From: an uncultured Verrucomicrobiae bacterium
GTDB lineage: Bacteria; Verrucomicrobiota; Verrucomicrobiia; Chthoniobacterales; UBA10450
DNA: 64,000 bases
Direction of reading: 5' to 3'
Assembly: GCA_963801815.1 (NCBI GenBank)
Contig: CAWDGJ010000002.1
Coordinates: forward strand, 768,001 to 832,000
Part shown: in pieces, positions 13,213-23,286 of the stretch
How positions within the stretch are numbered: position 1 is the first letter of the stretch
How the letters are laid out: the number at the start of each line of letters is the position of its first letter
The notes under the pieces: generated by a model
Databases searched by the model: none
What the model saw: the letters and a program-made list of their open reading frames with translations, nothing else
What the model was told of the DNA's origin: nothing
Position numbers and translations under genes: made by a program

Positions 13213-14184
13213 TTACTGCAGCCCGGCCAGAAGATTTTGGAATGATTCCAGGCCGTCGATCTCACCGACGATCTCGCGGAGCGAATTCAGCGCTTTCGGA
13301 ATGTGCTCAAGGAAATGCTTATGCCCTTTGACCAGACCGAGAAATCCGTAGGCGCCCAAGGCCTGCATTAGCCGCTGCATCGCGCAAAGCCGGAGCGTTT
13401 CCTGGAAGTCGCTGTCCGGCTTTTCCCCACAATAGTGTTCGAGCAATTCATTCCGCTCCGCGTCCGTGAGATCGACATACGGATCGTAGAGCAATGAGGC
13501 CAGATCATATTGGGCCAGCCCCGGCCGCATTCCCTGAAAATCGATCAGATAAGCCTGGCCGTTTCGGATCAAAATGTTTTGCGATTGAAAATCGCGATGG
13601 ACGAGGACGCGCGGCCGCTGGGCCAAGTTCTCTGCGATCTCGTGCAAAACCGGCGCCGCCGAGAGGTTTTCGATTGTCGATTTATCGACTTCGAAATACC
13701 GGCCGAGACAATTTTCGAAAAAGTAACTTTGCTCCCAGAGATAAAGCGGGGCGTTGAACTCAGCCGGCAAATGCTGCTGCATATCGGTGCAAACCGATTC
13801 CGGGAGCTGGTGAAGTTTGCGAGCTTCATCCAAAGCCGATTCATAAAATGCACGCCGAACCAGCCAGGGCTCGGTTCGATAATTAAATAAATCGCTTTCT
13901 CCAAGGTCCTCCAACCAGATCAGGCCTTCGGTCACGTCGTGGTAATAAATTCTCGGCGCGCGGATCTCGTGCGCCTCCAGGAACTGCGCGATTTCAACGT
14001 AATGGCGATTCTCGTCGCGCGAGAGATCGTACTTCACCAGGATCAACGACTGGTCTGACGAACAGCGGACGCGATAAAATTTCCGGTCCGACCCGCCTTT
14101 TTCGATCGGCGTGATTTTTACTTCATCGACTTTGAACCGCGGAAAATGCCGTCGCGTTTGCCGAAGGAGGAGTTCGGTTTTCAT
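13213..14184 (-). CDS. APH-family phosphotransferase, AmgK-like anomeric MurNAc/GlcNAc kinase
   Basis: GGSDRKFYR, LEDLG, HRDFQSQNI, IDFQG, YDLASLL; adjacent to a nucleotidyltransferase. Confidence 0.85.
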   Translation of the reverse strand: MKTELLLRQTRRHFPRFKVDEVKITPIEKGGSDRKFYRVRCSSDQSLILVKYDLSRDENRHYVEIAQFLEAHEIRAPRIYYHDVTEGLIWLEDLGESDLFNYRTEPWLVRRAFYESALDEARKLHQLPESVCTDMQQHLPAEFNAPLYLWEQSYFFENCLGRYFEVDKSTIENLSAAPVLHEIAENLAQRPRVLVHRDFQSQNILIRNGQAYLIDFQGMRPGLAQYDLASLLYDPYVDLTDAERNELLEHYCGEKPDSDFQETLRLCAMQRLMQALGAYGFLGLVKGHKHFLEHIPKALNSLREIVGEIDGLESFQNLLAGLQ

Positions 14185-14187
14185 GGT

Positions 14188-15132
14188 TTAGACGTCAATG
14201 TTGCGATGAATACCGGTGACGGTTTTTCGGGCGCGGACAATACAACTAAACAGCCCGGCATTGGAAGCAATTTGTGAACCCGGCCACACAATTGTGTCTT
14301 CTAACACTGCGTTCTCACCAACGCGGCAATCCCGGCCGACGACCGAACAACCGCTGAGCCGTGCACTGGGATCGACAACAGCAGTTGGGTGCACCGGCTT
14401 CAACCATTCCCGATCTTTCACGTAATCGGGTCGCCAACCGGCAAGGATCGCTCGATGGACGTCGAAATATTCGGTCCGCGATCCAAGATTGAACCAATTT
14501 CCTTCGTCCAAAACCACACCTCCGATTTTGCCGCCTTGAGAAATCCAGTCCGCCAGAATGGGGATGAAGGATATTTTTTCGCCGGTCGGAATGTGTTGGA
14601 AGACCGATTGATTCCAGACAGCGATGTTCGCAAAGTCGAAATTACCCGGGACATCGCGCCGATTTGAAATGTCGACCACGCGGCCGTCTTGAAAGGCGAT
14701 CGCCGAACCCAACTTCGTTTTCCTCAGCGCGAGCGTGACCTCATTCGCGCGATTGAAGTGTTCGTCAATCAGAGGCCGCAAAGGGACGTCCGTTAAAATA
14801 TCGCCGCTATAAGTAATGAATGGTTCACTGCCAAGCTGGGGCTCGATGTTTTTGATCCCGCCGCCGGTCTCGAGCAGCACCGGTTCGTTCACCAAAGTGA
14901 GATCGACTCCGGCATAACGATTCTCCGGAAATGTTTCCGCGAATTTTTCCGGGAGCCTATGAGTATTGATGAAAAATTTTTGGATGCCGATGTCCATCAG
15001 GTGATCAAGCGCAAAAGTGATGAGCGGCTTTTGAAAAATGGGGATCAGTGGTTTGGGCAATTCGTCGGTCAACGGGCGAAGTCTTGTGCCAAGGCCCGCG
15101 CCAAGGACGAATGCTTGTTTGATCTCGGACAT
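14188..15132 (-). CDS. Sugar-phosphate nucleotidyltransferase (MurU-like) with C-terminal LbH extension
   Basis: LGAGLGTRLRPLT..PKPL, LETGGG. Confidence 0.85.
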   Translation of the reverse strand: MSEIKQAFVLGAGLGTRLRPLTDELPKPLIPIFQKPLITFALDHLMDIGIQKFFINTHRLPEKFAETFPENRYAGVDLTLVNEPVLLETGGGIKNIEPQLGSEPFITYSGDILTDVPLRPLIDEHFNRANEVTLALRKTKLGSAIAFQDGRVVDISNRRDVPGNFDFANIAVWNQSVFQHIPTGEKISFIPILADWISQGGKIGGVVLDEGNWFNLGSRTEYFDVHRAILAGWRPDYVKDREWLKPVHPTAVVDPSARLSGCSVVGRDCRVGENAVLEDTIVWPGSQIASNAGLFSCIVRARKTVTGIHRNIDV

Positions 15133-15149
15133 GGCGTTAAAAATCGAGC

Positions 15150-15647
15150 ATGCCCGAAGAAACCGTATGGCGGGGGAGTGTGTCGCAATGGAAAAACTGC
15201 GGGTTCTTCGCCGTCCAAGCGGTGTTGGCGGCGGCGATCATTGTTATTTTTGCAATGACCCGTCGGAGCGCGCCCGAGATGAGGAACTTCAGTCCGTACA
15301 TTTTAATTTTGCTGGCGGTCCCAATCTTTATCGCTGCGAGGCGTTATCTCCAAACGAAATGCACGATCTACGAGGTCACCAGTGAACGTCTGAAAACGAC
15401 CGAGGGAGTCTTGAGCAAAGTGACCGACACACTCGAGTTCTATCGAATCAAGGATATCGAGAGTCAGCAGCCGTTTCTTTATCGGCTACGTGGAATCGAG
15501 AACGTTCAGCTCAATACCTCGGACGCGTCATCGCCACTGGTAACAATTGAAGCGGTTCCCCGGCGCGCGGGTCTTGCCGACCTGATCCGAAACCAGGTTG
15601 AAACCATTCGACAGCAAAAAGGCGTGCGGGAAGTCGACGTCGAATAA
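15150..15647 (+). CDS. Membrane protein with bacterial PH domain (bPH_2)
   Basis: Two TM helices then YEVTSERL...GVLS...YRIKDI. Confidence 0.8.
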   Translation: MPEETVWRGSVSQWKNCGFFAVQAVLAAAIIVIFAMTRRSAPEMRNFSPYILILLAVPIFIAARRYLQTKCTIYEVTSERLKTTEGVLSKVTDTLEFYRIKDIESQQPFLYRLRGIENVQLNTSDASSPLVTIEAVPRRAGLADLIRNQVETIRQQKGVREVDVE

Positions 15648-15844
15648 TTGTCGGGCTGAAAAATACCCTTCGAACATCACCATCCGGCGCTCTCGTGACG
15701 CCGTAAATCTTGTCGGGTAAATTAACGTGACATCGAAATCAAAGACGCGGCGTGTCCGATTTTCATGCACATTACCGGCAAGCTCCGGAGCAGACCGTTC
15801 CGGGGTGCGGGTTGAATCGACGCTAAAAGAATAGCGGATTTGGG

Positions 15845-16162
15845 TTATCTCGGTCCAAGCTGCGTCAGACCTTGCTCGAGCTCGCTTAAAGAGAGGCGAA
15901 TCCTGCGGGGATATTTCTCAATCCAACGCTCGGAAATCTGCTTGAGCGGGGCGGGATTTAGGTAATGGAGTTTTGCGCGACCGCGCCACAATGGAACGAC
16001 CAGCCCCGCGTTGATCAACAGGCTCAGGTGCTTGCTAATTCCCTGCCGGGTCATGGCGAGGTGCCGGCAGAGCTCATTGAGAGTCTGACCGTTGTCTTGG
16101 TGAAGTTGATCGAGCAAGGCGCGGCGACTTGGGTCGGCCAGCGCTTTGAAGACGTCATTCAT
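15845..16162 (-). CDS. ArsR/SmtB-family transcriptional regulator
   Basis: VFKALADPSRR...MTRQGISKHL...AGLV. Confidence 0.9.
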   Translation of the reverse strand: MNDVFKALADPSRRALLDQLHQDNGQTLNELCRHLAMTRQGISKHLSLLINAGLVVPLWRGRAKLHYLNPAPLKQISERWIEKYPRRIRLSLSELEQGLTQLGPR

Positions 16163-16163
16163 T

Positions 16164-16193
16164 AGAATATGCAACCAAACGGTTGCATATTCT
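16164..16193. promoter_or_regulatory. Perfect 13-4-13 inverted repeat, putative ArsR auto-operator
   Basis: AGAATATGCAACC-AAAC-GGTTGCATATTCT directly upstream of the ArsR start codon. Confidence 0.75.
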
Positions 16194-16270
16194 TTCCAAC
16201 CAGGCAAATGATGCGGGCTACACAGGCGCTAGTCGATGAATCAACTAGCGAACGACCGGACCGAGTCGGA

Positions 16271-17266
16271 TCAGGTCTTCTTTAGGTAGAGCGTGCGCGT
16301 GCCGAAGTCGATAATGCCGTGATGCCGGTTGAGTATTTCGGCACCAAGCAATCCAACCGCTGGCGGAGAGAGCTGCAACGCTTCGTGCAAAATGCCGCCT
16401 AGATCGATCACGCCTACATCATTCCTGCCAATGTCGACGACGCCAACCGACAGTTTCCGAATCCGGGCAACGTCCAAGTCTTCTTCCTTGAGATTGATCG
16501 CCGCTGACGCTAACCGCGTCTGTTCGGTCGGAATGTGCAAACGACGGACGAAAGGCCTATGCAAAAGCGTCGCGAAGGCGCCAGTATCTACCATCAGTCG
16601 GGCTTGCGAACCGTTAACCAGACCATCGACGTACAAATTGGAACCGTCGGTCACAAACATCGGCACTTTTTGAAAACCACGGAAATCGAGACCGGGCACG
16701 GGAAGGGGTTGGTCCGGCTGAAGGTTTAGGATCAGAAGTTGTCGCTGGCAATCCAGGACGGCCCTGCTGGCAAAAAGAACATCGGTCCCAAGAATTCCAT
16801 CCGCCTGTTGTTCGTGCAGACTGCGCGCGAGGTGGCGTGGCCCGCTCAGGTCGGCGGAGATCGCGGGCAGCTCTCCTACAGTCAGTCCACCGAGGCGCAG
16901 TGTGTGCGCCATCACTAAACGATTGTAGGAACCGTTGACCCTGACCCGCGCGGGATATTTGGAATCGGCAGGGACCTCGCTCACCCCAAAATGGCTGCGT
17001 CGCTTTGAAGCGATAACCGTCCCCGGCGATCCGCTGTCAACGATCAGCAACGCCGGCTTACCATTGATCCAGGCATGGACGAGCAAATGATTTTGTCGGG
17101 AGCGCTCCAGTGGAAGCGCTTCGAACTGGGCAGCTTGTCGCTCGGCCAAAGATCCAGCACGCGCCGAAGCCGCAAACAATGCCGAAGGTACTGAAACACC
17201 GATCCCGCAAACGATCGGCAAAATGACACGCGTCCCCCACAAAAGAAGTCGGCCCCTGGAAATCAC
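16271..17266 (-). CDS. Secreted two-domain retropepsin-like aspartyl protease
   Basis: IVDSG...GILG and MVDTG...GLLG repeats; start codon uncertain. Confidence 0.85.
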   Translation of the reverse strand: MISRGRLLLWGTRVILPIVCGIGVSVPSALFAASARAGSLAERQAAQFEALPLERSRQNHLLVHAWINGKPALLIVDSGSPGTVIASKRRSHFGVSEVPADSKYPARVRVNGSYNRLVMAHTLRLGGLTVGELPAISADLSGPRHLARSLHEQQADGILGTDVLFASRAVLDCQRQLLILNLQPDQPLPVPGLDFRGFQKVPMFVTDGSNLYVDGLVNGSQARLMVDTGAFATLLHRPFVRRLHIPTEQTRLASAAINLKEEDLDVARIRKLSVGVVDIGRNDVGVIDLGGILHEALQLSPPAVGLLGAEILNRHHGIIDFGTRTLYLKKT

Positions 17267-17412
17267 GCGCCCGAGACTACCATCTTTCCCAGAATGCGGA
17301 AATGAATTCTGCTGACGGCCTAATTCGAGAAAGGATGCCGCCCAGCTTTTTGGCGTTGCCCGATTCGACCCGGTAAGATTAACTCTCCGCGACTCCGAGC
17401 GCTCTTAAGACC

Positions 17413-18909
17413 GTGGATACCTCGACGACCTCGCCCCCCGCAGCCGACCAGAAATTCGTCAGGGGCCTCGGCTTGCTTGATTCGACCATGCTCGTCGCGG
17501 GATCCATGATCGGCTCGGGGATCTTTATCGTATCCTCAATCATTGGCCGGCAAGTCGGCGCGCCTGGCTGGCTGCTCATCGTTTGGATCGTGACCGGATT
17601 GCTGACGCTGATGGCCGCGCTCTCTTATGGCGAGCTTGCCGCGATGATGCCGAAAGCGGGCGGGCAATATGTGTATTTGCGCGAGGCGTTCTCGCCGCTG
17701 TGGGGATTCCTTTATGGTTGGACACTCTTCCTCGTCATTCAAACTGGAACGATTGCCGCGGTCGCGGTCGGGTTTGCGCGCTACACCGGTGTTTTGATTC
17801 CATGGTTTTCGGAATCGAACTACCTGGTCGCGCCGGTGCGTTTTGGGAGTTACGCATTCTCGCTTTCCACCGCGCAGTTTCTTGGTCTGGCAATGATCGC
17901 GCTCCTGACATACATGAACACGCGCGGACTAAATTTGGGCAAGCTGGTCCAGAACATTTTCACAACGGCCAAGACCGGAGCGCTGATCGCGCTCATCGTG
18001 CTTGGAATTGTGGTTGGAGTGAAATCGGGCGCCGGCGCGGAAAATTTCCACAACTTTTGGGGTCTGCGCGGCGGATTACAGGAAGTCGGCGCGGGACTGA
18101 CCGCTGCAACCGCGTTTGGACTTTTTGTCGGCATCTGCGTGGCCCAAACCAATTCACTTTTTTCGGCGGATGCCTGGAACAACATCACCTTCACCGCCGG
18201 CGAAGTGAAAGAACCGCGGCGCAACATTCCGCTCTCCCTCGCGTTTGGAACGTTTCTCGTGATCGGACTTTATTTGCTAGCGAACGTTGCCTATTTGGCG
18301 ACGCTTCCATTCGCGGCGATCCAGAACGCGCCAAGCGATCGGGTCGCATCTGAGACGGCCAACGTAATTTTTCCCGGAGCCGGCGCGACGATCATGGCTG
18401 TGGCGATCATGATTTCGACATTTGGCTGTAACAACGGTCTTATTCTCGCCGGCGCGCGCGCGTATTACGCGATGGCCCGCGACGGTCTTTTCTTCCGGCG
18501 AGTAGGCGAGTTAAACAAAAATCACGTTCCGGCGTGGGGCCTGATCATCCAGGGAATTTGGGCTGGCGTCCTTGTCTTGCCGCGCACAGTGAAAACGGAC
18601 GCCGCCGGAAATGTCACCGGGTACGGAAATCTTTACGGCAACCTGCTCGACTACGTAATTTCGGCCGCGCTGATTTTTTACATCCTGACAATCCTGGGAA
18701 TCTTCTTGCTGCGCAAAAAGCGACCCGACGCGGAACGTCCGTATAAAGCTTTCGGTTATCCGTTCGTCCCCGCGCTTTACATCGTGGGCGCGAGTATAAT
18801 CCTGGCTGTGCTCTTCATATATCAAACAGCGACGACGTGGCCCGGCCTCATCATCGTACTTACGGGCGTACCAATCTATTTTCTTTGGCGACAATCAAAG
18901 CCGGCTTAG
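17413..18909 (+). CDS. APC-family amino acid permease
   Basis: GSMIGSGIF, P.AGG.Y.YL, about 12 TM helices. Confidence 0.93.
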   Translation: MDTSTTSPPAADQKFVRGLGLLDSTMLVAGSMIGSGIFIVSSIIGRQVGAPGWLLIVWIVTGLLTLMAALSYGELAAMMPKAGGQYVYLREAFSPLWGFLYGWTLFLVIQTGTIAAVAVGFARYTGVLIPWFSESNYLVAPVRFGSYAFSLSTAQFLGLAMIALLTYMNTRGLNLGKLVQNIFTTAKTGALIALIVLGIVVGVKSGAGAENFHNFWGLRGGLQEVGAGLTAATAFGLFVGICVAQTNSLFSADAWNNITFTAGEVKEPRRNIPLSLAFGTFLVIGLYLLANVAYLATLPFAAIQNAPSDRVASETANVIFPGAGATIMAVAIMISTFGCNNGLILAGARAYYAMARDGLFFRRVGELNKNHVPAWGLIIQGIWAGVLVLPRTVKTDAAGNVTGYGNLYGNLLDYVISAALIFYILTILGIFLLRKKRPDAERPYKAFGYPFVPALYIVGASIILAVLFIYQTATTWPGLIIVLTGVPIYFLWRQSKPA

Positions 18910-18934
18910 TCACCGAAACAAGGAAACCTGACGA

Positions 18935-20443
18935 ATGGGCAATCTATTCAAGAGAAAACCGCTTGATCGGTTGATGGCCGAAGCCGCGGAAGTTGGCGAG
19001 CATACTCTCAAACGTTCGTTAGGCTGGGTGAACCTGGTTGCCCTCGGAATTGGCGGAATCATCGGCGCAGGGTTGTTTGTTCGGACTGCGGCGGCCATTG
19101 CGGATCGAGCCGGCCCGTCAGTTGTCCTCGCGTTCATTGTCGCGGGCATTGGCTGCGCGTTTGCGGGACTCTGTTACGCGGAATTCGCGTCGATGATTCC
19201 GGTTGCAGGCAGCGCTTACACTTATTCGTACGCGACCATGGGCGAATTCATCGCCTGGATCATTGGCTGGGACCTTATTCTCGAATATGCCGTCGCCGCG
19301 GCCACGGTTTCGACTGCGTGGAGTGAGTATTTCAACCGAGTCCTCAGTTGGTTTCACTGCATGATTCCGTATCAATGGACCCATTCGCCATTCGAACATG
19401 ATCCGGGCGGCGTTTATGGAATCATGAATATCCCGGCGTTGCTAATTTTGTTCGCCCTTACGTTGTTGCTTATTCGAGGGACGAAAGAATCGGCGATGGT
19501 GAACGGAGTAATCGTCATCCTCAAGGTGAGCATCGTCCTGCTCTTTATCGGCATCGGCTGGCAATTTATTAACCCGGCAAATCACACACCGATGATTCCG
19601 GCACCGACAACTTACACGACGCCCCAGGGCATCACTCATAGTTACGGCGGCATCATGGGAATTCTCGGCGCCGCCGGGGTGGTGTTCTTCGCTTACATTG
19701 GTTTTGATGCCGTTTCGACTGCCGCTCAGGAGGCAAGAAATCCAAAACGTGACATGCCTATCGGAATCCTTGGCTCGCTCGTCTTCTGCACGATTCTCTA
19801 TGTGCTGTTCTCCTACGTCTTGAGCGGTGTCGCGACGGTCGGGGATTTTCGCGCCGCGGGACGTGAAGCGTCCGTCGCCTTCGCGATCAGCAAATACATG
19901 CACGGCTACGAATGGCTTTCAAAATCAGTCACGGTCGCAATTCTCGCCGGATTCTCGTCGGTTATTCTCGTGATGTTACTCGGCCAATCGCGCGTGTTCT
20001 TTTCCATGAGTCGCGATGGCCTGGTGCCCAAGATTTTCTCAGATGTGCATCCGCGTTACCGAACGCCCTACAAATCGAACATGTTATTTTTTGTTTTCAC
20101 CGGCCTCCTCGCCGCGTTTGTCCCGGCCGACGTCACCGGTGAAATGACCAGCATCGGAACATTGTTCGCGTTCATTCTCGTCTGCGCGGGAGTGTGGATC
20201 ATGCGCGTCCGGAGTCCCGAATTGGAACGCGGGTTCCGTGTTCCCGCAGCGCCTGTTGTTTGCACACTCGGAATCATTGTCTGCGGCGCGATGATTTACG
20301 GCCTGGGCTGGACCAATTGGATGCGATTGATTGTTTGGCTGGTGATCGGATTCGTTTTCTATTTCAGCTACGGCAAGAAACACAGCCGCCTTGATGCGCC
20401 CAAGCCCCCTGAAATGCCGGCGGGAATTGACCTGACTCGTTAG
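18935..20443 (+). CDS. APC-family amino acid permease (cationic amino acid transporter-like)
   Basis: GIGGIIGAGLF, CYAEFASMIP.AGSAY, FFAYIGFD. Confidence 0.93.
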   Translation: MGNLFKRKPLDRLMAEAAEVGEHTLKRSLGWVNLVALGIGGIIGAGLFVRTAAAIADRAGPSVVLAFIVAGIGCAFAGLCYAEFASMIPVAGSAYTYSYATMGEFIAWIIGWDLILEYAVAAATVSTAWSEYFNRVLSWFHCMIPYQWTHSPFEHDPGGVYGIMNIPALLILFALTLLLIRGTKESAMVNGVIVILKVSIVLLFIGIGWQFINPANHTPMIPAPTTYTTPQGITHSYGGIMGILGAAGVVFFAYIGFDAVSTAAQEARNPKRDMPIGILGSLVFCTILYVLFSYVLSGVATVGDFRAAGREASVAFAISKYMHGYEWLSKSVTVAILAGFSSVILVMLLGQSRVFFSMSRDGLVPKIFSDVHPRYRTPYKSNMLFFVFTGLLAAFVPADVTGEMTSIGTLFAFILVCAGVWIMRVRSPELERGFRVPAAPVVCTLGIIVCGAMIYGLGWTNWMRLIVWLVIGFVFYFSYGKKHSRLDAPKPPEMPAGIDLTR

Positions 20444-20445
20444 GC

Positions 20446-21234
20446 CTAACTCCAGCTGCTCTCGCTGAAGCCGTTCATCGGACTGGTTGCGCCACGCCCC
20501 AGAAGAGCTTCGGCGCGTCGACGCAGGGCCGCTCCATTTTCTCGAGCAACGAACACACGCCGCGCGGCTGCGAGTTCGTCAGGCGACAAATTCATCGCCC
20601 GCAAAATTTCCCAGTCTTGTTCCGTCAAAAGGGCGCGATCCTCCTCACTTACGGCGCGTTGTTCCAGACGCGAAATCATTTCGCTAAGGGCGTTCGTGTT
20701 TGGAGCGCGGGAAAGATCGATCAGCCGTTGAAAGCTGAGATGGAACGGAATCGTCGCAACATCGACATTCTGGCTGGTAGCAACGCGCTCAGCGGGGGTG
20801 GTCACTTGCTCGGAAGTCGTCACGGAGTTCCATACGTTTTCAGGCTGATAATAACCAATCTCCACCCGGTAATCCGCCCGCGGTTCCGAGACGGTTAAAT
20901 AGCAATTGCCGGCCAGGGGCTCGACCGCTTCCGACGTTTCTTCTGAGCCGTCAGGGCGATGAACACGCAAATGCACCTGTCGATCCACCGGAGCGGTGTT
21001 CTCGAAAATAACGGACCAATCAATGTTCCAATAAACAAAAAGTGTTTTCGGATCACGCGCGATCGCAAACAAAAGCGGCGCACCATAAACGCGCGGCAAT
21101 TCAATCGCATCCGAGAACTCGGACGGTACTTTGGCGTCACTCCTCGCCAGCCGAACCACCGGCCCATTCGACACCCGGTATCCCTGCGGTCCGGTCACGC
21201 GCGAATTAGATTCGTTGATTGCTTTTTCAGACAT
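20446..21234 (-). CDS. DUF4912 domain-containing protein
   Basis: ELP..YG...L...ARDP.TLFVYW...Y.VEIG. Confidence 0.8.
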   Translation of the reverse strand: MSEKAINESNSRVTGPQGYRVSNGPVVRLARSDAKVPSEFSDAIELPRVYGAPLLFAIARDPKTLFVYWNIDWSVIFENTAPVDRQVHLRVHRPDGSEETSEAVEPLAGNCYLTVSEPRADYRVEIGYYQPENVWNSVTTSEQVTTPAERVATSQNVDVATIPFHLSFQRLIDLSRAPNTNALSEMISRLEQRAVSEEDRALLTEQDWEILRAMNLSPDELAAARRVFVARENGAALRRRAEALLGRGATSPMNGFSESSWS

Positions 21235-21338
21235 CTCTTTATCTGGGATAAAATCGCCGGAAATCGAACAAACAGAAAGCGGAATTTGCGCCAGATCGCA
21301 GAACATTGACAGTCGATTTGCCCATTTTGCGACGACTT

Positions 21339-22217
21339 GTGAAGCCTTACATCATTTTCAATCCGAATGCCGGCTCGGTTGGCGATCGGGAAATTGCCAT
21401 AGCGCGGCTCCAGGAGCTTAAGCCAACTGCTTTGCGCATAACTCGAAGGTCCGGAGACGCAGAACGGTGGGCGCGAAAAGCTCGTGCTTCCAAGGCAAGA
21501 CACATTGTGGTCGCCGGCGGCGATGGAACATTGAATGAAGTGGTTAACGGTGTCGGCGTGGGGGCGAAAAGTCTTCGCATCGGACTCGTCCCGCTTGGAA
21601 CCGGCAACGATTTTGCACGCACGCTGGGACTCCCTTCCTCTATTGACGATAACATCGACATTCTTCGCTCGGGCAAAGCGCGCTGGATCGACATTGTTAG
21701 AGTGACGAGCAGACGGAACCGTTATTTTGTGAATGTTTCTGCCGGCGGCTTCAGCGGCCTCGTGAATGAGAAAATGACGCCTGAGATCAAACGAACGTGG
21801 GGACCTTTAGCCTACGTTCGCGGGGCGGCCGCGGCCTTGCCGAAACTCCACGCCTACAAGACTGAAATCTTGTTCGATGATAGCGAACGATTATCCATCG
21901 ACCTTTACAATGTGGTCGTCGCAAATGGCCGGTTCGTTGCCGGCGGATTGCCGATTGCGCCAATGGCTGATCCCGCTGATGGAAAACTCGAGGTCGTCCT
22001 GGTTCCAAAGCTCGGCCCCGCTGAAATAGCATTGCTGGCCGCTGAAATCATTTTAGGTAAACATCTCTCGAGCAATGCAACCATATTTCGACAAGCCCGA
22101 AAGGTCGCGGTTCGATCGCGCCCAGGAATGTGGTTCAATGTCGACGGCGAACTGGTCGGTAACGCACCGACTGTATTTCAAATTATGCCACGCGCGCTAA
22201 ACTTCATCGTTAAGTGA
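21339..22217 (+). CDS. Diacylglycerol kinase-family lipid kinase (YegS/BmrU)
   Basis: NPNAG, GGDGTLNEV, PLGTGNDFA, DGE. Confidence 0.92.
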   Translation: MKPYIIFNPNAGSVGDREIAIARLQELKPTALRITRRSGDAERWARKARASKARHIVVAGGDGTLNEVVNGVGVGAKSLRIGLVPLGTGNDFARTLGLPSSIDDNIDILRSGKARWIDIVRVTSRRNRYFVNVSAGGFSGLVNEKMTPEIKRTWGPLAYVRGAAAALPKLHAYKTEILFDDSERLSIDLYNVVVANGRFVAGGLPIAPMADPADGKLEVVLVPKLGPAEIALLAAEIILGKHLSSNATIFRQARKVAVRSRPGMWFNVDGELVGNAPTVFQIMPRALNFIVK

Positions 22218-22702
22218 CAAGATCAAAGATAGTACCGCTGAATGAATTGACCGGGCGCGTTAAGAAACTGCGCGCCAAAGGAAAAAGAATCGTCGCCACC
22301 AACGGCTGCTTCGATTTGCTCCACGTTGGACACGTTCGCTACTTAGAGTCCGCTCGCGCGCGAGGAGACGTGCTGGTTGTTGGCGTAAACGGAGATCAAT
22401 CAGTTTGCAAATTAAAGGGTCCCGGGCGGCCGATTAACAATGAAAGCGACAGGGCCGCCGTTCTCGCGGCGCTCGACTCGGTTGATTTGGTGATAATCTT
22501 TCCGGAGCTGCGCGCGACGCGATTCATCGAACTCGCGGCGCCGGATGTTTACGTGAAAGGCGGCGATTATACTTCTGAGACGCTTAATACCGAGGAACGA
22601 ACGGCGCTTCAGAAAATCGGTTCTAAAATCGAGATCCTGCCTTTTGAAAAAGGCTACTCGACTTCGGGACTGTTGGAAAAACTTCGGGGAAATAATAAAT
22701 GA
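22214..22702 (+). CDS. ADP-heptose adenylyltransferase/cytidylyltransferase (RfaE domain II)
   Basis: NGCFDLLHVGH, KGPGRP, KGGDY. Confidence 0.9.
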   Translation: MTRSKIVPLNELTGRVKKLRAKGKRIVATNGCFDLLHVGHVRYLESARARGDVLVVGVNGDQSVCKLKGPGRPINNESDRAAVLAALDSVDLVIIFPELRATRFIELAAPDVYVKGGDYTSETLNTEERTALQKIGSKIEILPFEKGYSTSGLLEKLRGNNK

Positions 22703-23286
22703 AGCAGCTCGGTCTGGGAATTCTCGGGTCGGGCAAAGGATCAAATTGTCGCGCAATTCTGGAGAGCATCCGGGCGGGAACGTTGGCGGCGCACGCCCGG
22801 GTCGTGATTTCCGATGTCTTGACCGCGCCGATACTAGAAATCGCGCATGAATTTTCCGTCCCGAACGCGTATCTCCCGCCGGGGCAATTTCGTACCCGAC
22901 TGGAGCCGGGCGTCGAAGCGGAACTGGTCCGAATGCTACGCGCGGCGGATGTCGATCTGGTCGTTCTCGCCGGCTTCATGCGAGTCCTCAAATCAACGAT
23001 CCTCGAGGCGTTTCGACATCGAATCATCAACATTCATCCATCGCTTCTACCGAAGTTTCCGGGACTGGAAGCCTGGAAACAAGCGCTGGCAGCCGGCGAA
23101 TCCGTTACGGGATGTACCGTGCATTATGTCGACGAGAAAATAGACCACGGTGATATCATCGCTCAGCGCGAAGTCCCTATTTTGCCTAACGACTCTGCGG
23201 AAAGTTTGCACGCACGAATCCAGATAGCCGAGCACGAACTTTATCCCGCAGTCATCGCGCAATTGTGCGCCCAGCATTCTTCCTAA
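22699..23286 (+). CDS. purN: Phosphoribosylglycinamide formyltransferase
   Basis: SGKGSN, LAGFMR, NIHPSLLP, GCTVH. Confidence 0.97.
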   Translation: MKQLGLGILGSGKGSNCRAILESIRAGTLAAHARVVISDVLTAPILEIAHEFSVPNAYLPPGQFRTRLEPGVEAELVRMLRAADVDLVVLAGFMRVLKSTILEAFRHRIINIHPSLLPKFPGLEAWKQALAAGESVTGCTVHYVDEKIDHGDIIAQREVPILPNDSAESLHARIQIAEHELYPAVIAQLCAQHSS

